DNA of 64,000 bases from positions 992,001 through 1,056,000 of the forward strand of contig JBHGNT010000014.1 in the NCBI GenBank assembly GCA_043228905.1, given 5' to 3'. Positions 46,434 through 56,965 of the stretch are shown piece by piece (position 1 is the stretch's first letter; each line of letters opens with the position of its first letter). The translations under genes were made by a program, and so were the position numbers. The notes beneath the pieces were generated by a model. It had not been told where the DNA came from and did not search any database. It was given only the letters and a program-made list of their open reading frames with translations. This DNA is from Azolla caroliniana (Eukaryota; Plantae; Polypodiophyta).

Positions 46434-47186
46434 CAATTCCAAATCAAACCACAGAGACAGACAGAGACAGAGAGACCTCTGAATCGCCCACCTCAGAAGT
46501 AATGTGTGTGTTTGTATGTATCATATGTATGTATGTATGTCTTGTCTTTATATGTATCCGTATGTATGTAATGAATGTATATGTGTATGTATAGATGCAT
46601 GCATGCATGTATTATTGAATGAATGAATGTATACATATGTGTATGTATGTCTTGTTTTTATATGTATCAGTATAGTATGTATATGTTCGTGACTAACTGC
46701 TACCAAATATTAAAAAGGGCAAGTGAGGGAATCGCGGAGAGGGACGGTGCAGGTTGCACCGCTGATGGCGCGTTCGATCTCCACTGTCCAAGATGGATAA
46801 AAAGCTGACAACGTCTGTCACAAGGAGCCTGACTCTATGAAAAGGAGCCCGACTTTGCGAAAGGGAGCCCCCGACTCTGTCAAAAGGAGCCCCATTGTCA
46901 GACAGCCTCTGCAAGAGGGAGCCCGACTTTGTCAGAAGCAACCCCGCTGTCAAACCACATTAGTAAGAAGGAGCTCGACTCTGTCAAAAGGAGCTCGACT
47001 CTGTAGCAACAAACATCAAAAACTCCACAAAATTGTAAGTGTACAACAAATATTTGCCATGAAACTGATCATAAAATATCTCAAAAAAACCTAAATATTC
47101 AAATAACAAGTCTTACATAAAATATTAAAATGTCAAATGTTGACAACCCTAAAATGAAATATGAATATACACGTTACATATTAAGA

Positions 47187-47744
47187 TTATGGCTCATGTC
47201 GGGATGATTGCAACATGCAACCACAATTTTTACAACATGTAACATTTGAGTCCCTTGAAGTCAAGGTCAAGCCATCGCAACGCAAACACCGAACCTTCTC
47301 ATGGTCAACCAATGGCAATCTCCTCCTAGCCCGACTAGCACCTCTTTGTAGTTTTCCGGAGTGGGATTTGGAAGTGTTTGGGGAGCTGCCAATAAGTTCT
47401 TGTGAGATGTCTACTGTTGCACTTCTTTTGGCACCGATTTGTTGGTTGCGACTTATTGATCTACCATCTTCTTCATTGGTTGATTTTGGTGCACCAACGC
47501 GATACACCTTCTTAGCCACATCTTCCAATGTTTGTATACCTTCGACAATAGTTGCACGGTCGAAGGTTCCTAACCCTTGCTCGAGACATTGAAGTGCTTT
47601 CACGACCATTTGTACTTTGGACTTGAATGATTCAATCTCAGATGTTGTGGGGTTTGTCTCCTCTACTTGCTCTACCTCTGCCTCCACTTCTATTTCAGTA
47701 TTATGGTCCATTCGCATTTGGGTTGCGTGATCTATAAAAGGCAA
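47187..47744 (-). pseudogene. Transposon-internal ORF with C-terminal CxxC..CxxC motif; possibly a transposase C-terminal remnant
   Basis: 185-aa open frame ending VRCLRCDGLTLTSRDSNVTCCKNCGCML inside the TIR element. Family not recognised. Confidence 0.4.
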
Positions 47745-49251
47745 TGAGTCACATAAATGTGATCAAGAATGCCAGTGATTGAGGTGAATGAAGTGAATGA
47801 AATCAAATGAATTCAAGTGAACGAATTCAAATAATTCACATGAATGGAGTAGATTAACGATAGAGAATGAGAGTGAATGATATGAGTGCGAGTGATTAAT
47901 AGACTGTTAAGGAAGGGAATGGGTTAATTGGGAATGATGGGAAGACTCTTAGTGCATGCTACTGAATTTGGTGAATTAATTTACTGTAGTCGTTAATATG
48001 ACTGTTGAGACGCCGTCATTACACGTAGTTGAGCACTTCCCTATTACTGTGTCGGGCTCCCTTTTTAATGACTATTAATGAGTGGGGCTCCCTTTTTTAA
48101 TGAACGTGAATGAGTTGGGCTCCCTTTTGAATAAGATTGACATTGAGTCTTGTTATGTCTTTTGTATTGTTTACAACAAGGACCAAAGCACTCTTTCTAC
48201 AACAACATTCTTTGTTTACAACACTCTTTCTATATACTTACTCTTTCTTGGCCTTTCTCAAAAAACCATTGCCTTGACTACTTGTCGATAAGCTATTAGT
48301 TTTATTCTTTTGACACCCAAAACAATTCCTAGGAGAGAAATACAATTCAAATATACAACCAAAATGAGATTCAAATATTGATTTGATATTACAAAATGAT
48401 TTTCGGATAGAGTCCACATTGAGTCATATACAACCAAAATGAGATTCAAATATTGATTTGATATTACAAAAAAGTTTCCAATCTGCAAGTTTGATGTTAC
48501 AAAGTACAACATGATTTTCCGCATGTTCGAAGTGTGTCCGTAGTGGCTTTGAAGATCTTTATCGCTCTTGTCCTCAACTTCCTCATGTGTGATTGGCGTG
48601 ATCTGTTGTACTTGAGCTCCGGATCCAAAAAATGATTTATTGATTGTTGTCTTACGTATTCGCTGAAGAATGATGTGGATGTACTCCTCATGAGACCATC
48701 TTCCTGTGTAGGTTGTCAATGAAATTAATTTGACACTTGACTCGGTAGTGTAAGAACCATGTAATTTTTTGCAAGCACTTGATTCAATTAATTTGCTATT
48801 TCCCATGGCCAGTTCCATTTGAATGTCATTTGGCAACCATTCCATGGACATTTCAAGGGTCTTTCATCCACACATGAACACGCCGATGTTGCAACAAGTA
48901 TTTATGTGATCCAAATCGCTTTCCACATCCAACAAAAGTGCATGCATTTCGTTTATGCAAGTTCAGCTCTTGTTTGGAGGTAAAACTCATTGCATCAAAT
49001 TGAGTCATATACAACCAGAATGAGATTCAAATTTATGACTCACAATCAAAATGTACATCAAATTGAGTCATATACAACCAGAATGAGATTCACACAATAA
49101 GACTCACAACCAGAATGTACATCAAATTGAGTCGTATACAACCAAAATGAGATTCAACTATTTACCAGATATTACAAAAAAGTTGGCAATCCGCATGAGA
49201 TAGTAAATCGAGATCATATGTTTGATGTTACAAAGTACAACATGCTAGTGA

Positions 49252-50126
49252 TTAAAATAACCCTATGCCCAGAGTCCTTCGTGTCCATTTTGCCATGATT
49301 TTCCGAAGGAGCTGCACGTCTTCGAATCCAAACCATTGCTCCTTACCCTACACCACAAGATGCCATCAACCTAAGCCCAAATTCAATTCTCATAAATACT
49401 TACAAATTGATCAGACTCAAATCCTTGGATGAACTCCTCGACCAACATTCGAATGGTTTGCATCACGTAATACCCACAATCCGTCCCATTAGGTTGGGTT
49501 GGGATATGCAATACCTGGAACCGCTCGTTGTTGATGATGCAATGGTCGTGTGTGGCCGATTGCTCTTCTTCTTCTTCTATCTTTAGCCCCCGAGACAGTA
49601 CTACACGGATGCCATGTGCCTTCTGTAAGTGAGCCTCCATGTCAGCTTTTTTGCGAAACCATTGTACCTCTTTTCTACATGAATCTCCAATGATACATGT
49701 GCGACATTTGATACTTGTCGAGTCTCTTCCCGCCTTGAAGAGGGACATGGGGTCCACTACAACAATGGTGTGACATTTGCATTAGAAAAACTCAAGATAT
49801 ACTTACTTCAATAATGATTATAAGAATGTACATCAACTCACCATTTACACTGATATCTTCAACACCTGGCCCCACGTCATGTATGGGGTTCGTATCCATG
49901 TTTGAGTCTTCAGTAATGATGTTTTCAACATCCATATTGTTGGATTTGGGGCACCTAGCACCCTTTCTTACAAAAACCCTAAACCATCATTCAAGTTAGC
50001 ACACAAACATCACTATTTATACACAATATAAAGTTGAGAAATGATTCATGCCATACCTCCCTTCATAGGGTATTGTTTCACCCAATCCGCATCAAAGTCT
50101 ATGAAGGTCTTGGACTGACTAGCCAT
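49252..50126 (-). pseudogene. Intron-containing C2H2-zinc-finger / Ulp1 (peptidase C48)-like gene remnant
   Basis: CRTC..HLQKAH, then IPTQPNGTDCGYYVMQTIRMLV (Ulp1 oxyanion Gln and catalytic Cys motif), then QWFGFEDVQLLRKIM. No catalytic His-Trp motif was found and exon phases look disrupted. Confidence 0.65.
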
Positions 50127-52559
50127 CTATACAAAACACATGCCATCTTCAAAAACCACCAATGGATCTACGATCATATTTGGACATCATATTTGAAGCA
50201 ATCATGAGACATATACACAAGTTGTCTATGTTCTCACAAATGTACTGCCACACATTTTTGTGTGGATGTACACTCCATTGGGTATTTGAGCCTTATATGC
50301 ATCATAGGCACAACAGAAACATGATTAAACCCCATTTATAAGACCGAATATGTTGATCTTATATATTGACACTTGTTTACCTAGAACCAATATACATTTT
50401 TTGTTACCCATAATAAATGTGTTCATGGCTTGTAATAAATGTGCATATTCTTATGTTATGCTTGATTTTCACTTTTACATAAATGCCTTTAATGTTTCCT
50501 TAGTAATTGGTAGAGTCCAAAACATTACCATATGTTTGTCTTTAAATTCAAGAATACTTGAGTCTATCCTATTGTTTCTACACAATACATTAGTGTTAAG
50601 GATTTTGGAATGGACAAAAACTGTCAATGATTTCAAAAAATAGATCAATCTTAACAAATTCTAACATATCAATGTCAATAATTTAAAATTCATGAATGCT
50701 ACTTGCAGTTTTTATTTTAGTTTTTGTAATATATATACATAGAGGGCACATTCTAAATTAAGGGAGATAGCCATAATAATGATACGTTTTAAATCATAGT
50801 GATAGTTCATGAGTCCATGACAAATAGTTGGTCTTCATGGAGAATCCTAATTTCATTCAGCAATAATTTATCATTTATCATTTAGAATACTATAATGGAC
50901 ACAACATTTTACTTCCAACTTAAAACATACTCACGTAGACTTACATAGCACACAACTTTTTTTAGTAAGGCATTCATTACATTACTATTATTTGGGGAGA
51001 AAAAACGCAAAGAATGTATACAAGATTTGAGATTTGACATTCAAATGTGGGCATAAAAAAACCCAATAATGCATGAATCACATGGGCAAATTCAAGCATT
51101 CAAATGTTGGCATTTATGTAGATGGGCAAATTCAAGCATTGTTAATTTAAACATTAACTAATTCAAATTTTGGGTTATAAAATGTTTATATTTTTTTGTA
51201 ACATACATTCCCTTGAGAAAAAAGTATTATTTTTGGGGAATTGTTTCTTTGAAGAATAAAGACCTATTTCTTCTATTGTAGGGTAAAAAACTAATATGGA
51301 TGACGATTGCTTGAATACACATAGACAAGTATTATTTTTATTCCATGTCTACTCAAAATCATGGCTGATTGCTTGAAGACACAATAGAAGGAATAAAACC
51401 ATATTAGGTTCAAGCAATCATCCATATTAGGTTGATGGTTTTTATGACATGGAATAAGCCCTAAACCTAATAGAAGGAATAAAAACCTAATAGAAGGAAT
51501 ATGATACCTAATAAAAACCTAAACCTAATAGAAGGAATATGATACCTACCTACTAACTATTGCAGGTGCTCGCGGACAATAGGTGTTGTGCCTCACTGAA
51601 GATGTCTGCAACAAGTGCTCGCAAACAGCAAGTGGTGCGCCTCGCTCAAAAACCCTAAACCCTCAACCTCACGCTTCCTTCTTTGCAAATAAGAAAAAAA
51701 TGATAGAAAAAAAGGGTTTTTATACTTCCCTCAAACTAATGAGAAGGGCTCCCTTCACAAAGTGGAGCCCTTCTTTAATGAGATGGGCTCCGTTTTTAAT
51801 GAGTCGGGCTCCCTCTTTAATTGGTGCACTTTTTCGCGCCTTTTCCACAGCCACATTGGATGGTGCAGATTGCACGCGCCCTCATCTAGCGACCTGCACC
51901 ATCCCTCTCTGTGATTCCCTCACTTGCCCTCTTTAATATTTGGTAGTAGTTAGACACCACGGTATCAATATGTATATAATGAATGTATATGTGTATGTAT
52001 AGATGCATGCATGCATGCATGCATTATTGAATGAATGAATGTATACATATGTGTATGTAGTCTGTTCTGACCAGTTCAATCCGATCCTGTCCCGGTCTCG
52101 GTCACCGGCTTTGTCCGGTCATCGTCGTCGTCTTTGTCTAGTCGCCATCGGGTTCCGATCGGCCAAAACCTCTACAAATAGTTAGGCCACACCCATTCAT
52201 CCAATTAGTTTAGCTTAAGTCACCTTGAACATTCTATGATCCACTCATAGACACAAAGTAATAGATTTTGGCCCAGCTTATATACTCTAGGATCCTTATT
52301 TGTCCTGTCTATGTGGGATATCTCGTAGTTTAGTTTTTTCTCTTCTTCTTCGCAAACATCATACCCACATAACTTGCCACTTAGTTGTCCGTTTCTTATG
52401 TGGTAAAGTACATTCGAAAGCTCTTGAAGACCTCCATCATTTTGTACCAAGATATTAAACTATTATAAAATAGTATCTTCATTATTATTGTTTTATGTTG
52501 TGTGTGAAGAACCACACTCGATTTTGTACATTCCATTCAATTTTCACACCGTTGTCGAA

Positions 52560-52730
52560 AATCTTCACGACAACGTAATGTGAAGAGCACTAGGCCTTGT
52601 AACAAGCTAGATTATCAACGTCTTGGTCCATATTTAATCACTAAACAGATTAATGAAGTTGCTTTTCATCTCGATCTCCCTCCTCATATGCGTCTTCATC
52701 TACTGTTCCATGTCTCACTCTTGGAACCTA
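52560..52730 (+). mobile_element. Ty3/gypsy integrase C-terminal (GPY/F) fragment
   Basis: KSTRPCNKLDYQRLGPYLITKQINEVAFHLDLPPHMRLHLLFHVSLLEP. Confidence 0.8.
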
Positions 52731-54262
52731 TGAAGGATCTATGTATCGATGGAGTTAACTCCTCGATGTCGTTTGCGAAGTTCGAACCGGCGTATACCTT
52801 TTTGATGGCGAATCGGGCGGAGATGGTGTTGGACATCTCCGAGCCTCACACTCACTTAACGATTAGTAGATGATTAAGCATGATATCTCTCTCACTTTCT
52901 CAAGCTCGCTCTCATAGACAATAGGGTGATGAATGTAGAAAATAAGAGCAATGAATATGTTTATTAACCCTCTTTGCTAAGAGGTCTAGCACCAACAAGG
53001 AAGAGAGAATCTTAGTGTTCTCTAACTAAACACCTCACTAATCTCTCTTAAGCTTAAAGGTTACAAGAAGGAGGAGAGGAAGCTCTAGCTCTTAATCAAG
53101 AGGGAGATCTTTACAAATGGGAGAACCCTTACAAAGCCACTATCATGTGGTTTATATAGCAGATTTCTTGCATTTGATCGATCATCATGAAGAAGTCCTT
53201 CTTGGGGTCGGCTATCCACGTGGAGGTGTTGTAGTCGGTGAAGGGAGAGGGGGGGTTTCTACCAAAACTGATGTAAGCGGTAAAAAAGTGTGTGTCGATC
53301 ATGGTTTCAAAATCTTGTTTGTAGATGGTCGGGAGCACGTTGACGCGGGTCCAGAGGCCGACCAACTGACGACGTGTGGGGCCTTTATTCAAATCAAATG
53401 CAAGACCCCACGCCGGGTGGTCGTGTTGCTAGTGAAGATGGGAGGGGGGAGTTGTTGGTGGAGCATGAGGTGCGCGAGGGGGTGGTTGAAAGGGAGGGCT
53501 TTGCGAAGAATGTCATCTGTGAATGCCCGACCAGGGTGTGTGACGACTCGTGTGTGGAGCGGGAAAGGATCGGCTGGTGGGGAGGTGGGAGGTGGGGAGG
53601 AACGGGGATGGGCAAGGGGGGGGGGTGTGCGAAAGGGGTTGCAGCCGAACATGAGGTGTGTATGATCAGGTACATGGTTTTCGCTGAGGTGTGGGTGGGT
53701 GGGAGGGGAGTGGAGGTAGGCCATGCCTTCGAGAAACAAAACAGGGAGGTGTTGGGGGAAGAGGTCGCCTACCGGTGGTGGGGGTTCATCGGTGACTTTC
53801 GGGTACATCATGAAGAGAGTGAGGGTGTGGTTGACGTCTGGGAGTACTCGAACGAACGTCGGCCGATCGGGGGGGTGGTCTTGTTGAAGAACACACGATG
53901 TGTAGTGGCTAACGACTGAAGTACGCACGTGGCTTGGGTGAGAAGGTTACGCGGTGTACGTGGTGCAGTGAAGAGTTCGGAGAGTTGGGATGTCGAGGTT
54001 ACATACACCGAGAGCGCCTGAATCATATTCGGAGTAATTGGCAGAGTAGCGAGGGGGGTTTGAACGGTGGAGGCGGCAGTCGTGCATGGGCGTTCTTGGT
54101 CGTGGTGCTACGTTGTCGTAGTGTAATTCGCACACTACGTGAAAATTGCATTTTGGTTCCTCCGGATGGGGCAAGGAGGACCCGGTAAGAACTGGATCAA
54201 GCAAAACCGGCAAGAGCCGGATAAAGAAGGCCGGTGAGAGTCTCTCACCGGATGAAGAGACA
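52731..54262 (-). mobile_element. LTR-like segment containing a ~970-bp GC-rich insert
   Basis: On the minus strand: a CCGG-rich U3-like start, TATATAAA at ~53151-53158, AATAAA at ~52960, and an end in ..GATCCTTCA where the integrase fragment is cut. No matching TSD, so the boundaries are tentative. Confidence 0.4.
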
Positions 54263-54328
54263 AATTTATCTCACCGAACGAAGAGACAAATTTATAAATA
54301 GAAGAAAAGATTGTTACCTGCATAAGAA

Positions 54329-54384
54329 AGATTCGAACCCTGTACCTCCACGTAGACAAACCCCAACCTTACCATTGTACTAAC
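54329..54384 (-). other. tRNA-like (SINE-type) pol III A-box/B-box head, degenerate
   Basis: Minus strand reads TAGTACAATGGTAA..GGTTCGAATCT at tRNA-like spacing. No cloverleaf is evident. Confidence 0.4.
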
Positions 54385-54980
54385 TTATCCTAAGTGTTCT
54401 AAATATAGATTTAATAGTTATAACATCTTTATTTACGCCTACCTTTATTAAAAAGTAAGTCATGCATTTTTAGAATGCGTGAATACTTTATTTATAAGAA
54501 AAATGTACACCAATAAAAAATTAGTCGTGCACATCTAGAAAGCATGAGCAGTATATCTAGGAAATAAAAGCATAGTGTAAAAAGCAACTCATGCACATTT
54601 AGTGTGCATGAACACTTTAGAGAAAAGCATGAAGCTATGCTTGGCCTCTGCCATCCTTATATAAGGAGGAGAGAAAGATGTATGGGGTTGTTGATTATTT
54701 TACAAGGATTGATCAATCTAATATATTTGTGGGATTCACGAGTTTATCATAAAAATTCTCCTTCTTACAATCTAAATATTGATTAAATACACTAAACACG
54801 TGGGATTCATAAGTTTTTATTTCTTACTTCTCTTTCTACCTATTCATAACTAGGCTTATATTGTATTCTTCTTTCTCCTAGTCCAAAACCTTAGTGGTTC
54901 CCACCCAACTCACACAATGATCCGGAATCGAAAGGCACGACACAAGTGGTGAACCCGACGTGAAACCGGGTGGCAAGGAG

Positions 54981-56161
54981 ATGGAAAATCAACCGGGGGC
55001 TAACAACATGATGGCGATGTTTGAGCGGATGCTACAAGAACAATGCATGATGTTGGAGATTGCGGCGGCAGTAGAGCGGCTCGTGTAACGGAACGGGAAA
55101 TTCAACGGGAAAGACGTGTCACGATATTTGCGAGATTACAAGGCGAAAATGCTAAGGTGCAGGGTTTCGCAAGGACTGCAAGTGACATCCTTCAACCGGG
55201 TGGTGACCGACGGGCTTCAAGGGAGTATCCATGGGATACGACAGCAAAATCCGACGTGGGAGGTATTTGAAGAGGCGCTAAAGACCACGTTCGCCATCGA
55301 GGACTCCTCCAATGCAACGAGGAGGGGATTCTAAGATTGGGTGGAAACGCTGGACAAGGGGATGAAGGTCCTCCATGTGTTTTCGTCATTCAAAAGTTAG
55401 TTCGGGAGGTTGTTTGTGAGAGATCAAGCTATCCTCGCACCGGACAAAGTGATCATGTTCCTATGAGCTGTGGACATCTGGGACCGGAAAGACCTTGGAG
55501 TGCTTCTGGAGGACACAACCACCGAGAGTGGCCTCACTGTTACATGGGATAACGTGCGAGATATCGTCGCACGATACACAAAGAGGGGGCAATGGCTTGC
55601 TAACGAAGAAAAGAGGGTTTCGGAACCAATTCCGAAATCGAGATCCGGATTGGAAGACCATCAACCGCGGGCTCGGGAGACTACGACCGAGAAGGGAATC
55701 GACGCAACCACGGTGGAGCAGTTGTTGAAGGAGATGGAGAATCTAAAAATCGCGATGGTGAAGAAGTCGGATGACCGTCCCACAAGTTCCAAGTATATGG
55801 ACCGTCAGTGTATATGGTGTGATAGCACCGAACATGATCGGAGGGATTGTGACGAGCACAAGGAGGCGTTACGACGAGATCTTATCTACTACGAGGGAAA
55901 TCAGATTCATTCGATGGACTCTCGGGAGCCACTCCGACCGAACTTCCGGAAAGGTGGCATGAAGAAGGTCCTAGAAGAGGAAATAGTGGCGAAAGATAAT
56001 TATGCGACAACAACGGGAATACGTGTTGGGGAGAGCAAAGGTGTCTTTTTGGCCGGATGTGCTAGAAAACCCTGAGAAAACCGACTCCAATGAGATCCGA
56101 AGCACCGCGGAAGGCATCCGTGAAGCTACGGGATGGGAGTGCCCCGTCGATAAGAATAGCT
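54981..56161 (+). pseudogene. Decayed gag of an older LTR retrotransposon, probably Ty3/gypsy (element A)
   Basis: One frame from ATG 54981 with in-frame stops at 55086, 55332, 55398 and 55464. Contains GKFNGKDVSRYLRDY and the zinc knuckle CIWCDSTEHDRRDC. Frameshift near 56040; cut at 56161. Confidence 0.8.
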
Positions 56162-56347
56162 TGTACGGTGTCGAGGTTTTCCTCGCGGATACGTGGAATG
56201 AGGCGGGACCTCGGGGGTCCTGTACCAAAGAGCAAGAGAGAAAGGAGAAGATGCCCACTACGTGCGAGAGTAGATTCACAGGGACACGGCCCTTCGACGC
56301 AAGGACGCGAGTGGGACAGCGACACAGGAAGACACAAACGTATGTAT

Positions 56348-56936
56348 TGTTGGGATTACGGTCCCTTCGGATGGGATGGTCGGATCCGGTTGTCGGTTTC
56401 GGATCCGGATGACGAAGACCCCGGTTTCGGTACCGGATGACGAATGTACCCGGAGAGCGATCCGGATGCAGGGACATATCCGTGAATATGTTCGCTATGG
56501 GCCCCTGAGGCTACAGTTGTAAATAGCCCAAAGTCATATGAGTATAAATATGACTTAGGGCAAACTGTTTTGTTGTTGCTTCTCATTTTTCTGTTTTTCC
56601 ACTCAAGAGGAGTGAAGAGTAAGCAGCCGTGAGAGAGAGAGAGAGAGAGATAGAGCGCGAGAGAGGAAGAGGACGACGCCTCTGTGTATTTCCGCCGCCT
56701 GTGGCGAGGACAGCGAGCTCAAGGTTGTCGCCTTGGAGCTCGTCATTGTATACTTCTCTTTGTATAGTGTTGTTTGGAGTCTTGTACTCCCGTGGTTTTT
56801 CCCATCTAGGGTTTTCCACGTTAATCACTGTGTACTCGTGTATTTCTCTTTTGGTTCCTATTTTCTGCTCCATTGATCCGCAATTACTCGGTTGTGGCCG
56901 ACTGAAGAAGGTGAATCGAAGCGTTGATTCTCAACA
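56348..56936 (+). repeat. Copia 5' LTR, 589 bp
   Basis: Identical to 61048-61636 in a block-by-block manual comparison. Confidence 0.97.
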
Positions 56937-56965
56937 AACTGGTATCAGAGCGACTGTTGCAGAAA

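Larger units (their letters stand above)
46693..51953 (-). mobile_element. 5.3-kb DNA transposon with ~104-bp imperfect TIRs, probably Mutator-like (MULE), defective
   Basis: 46693-46796 (CTAACTGCTACCAAATATTAAAAAGGGCAAGTGAGGGAATC..) matches the reverse complement of 51851-51953. Subterminal GGAGCCCGACT repeats lie at 46822-47003 and inverted at 51745-51815. It carries a Ulp1-like remnant. No clean TSD or transposase core was seen. Confidence 0.75.
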
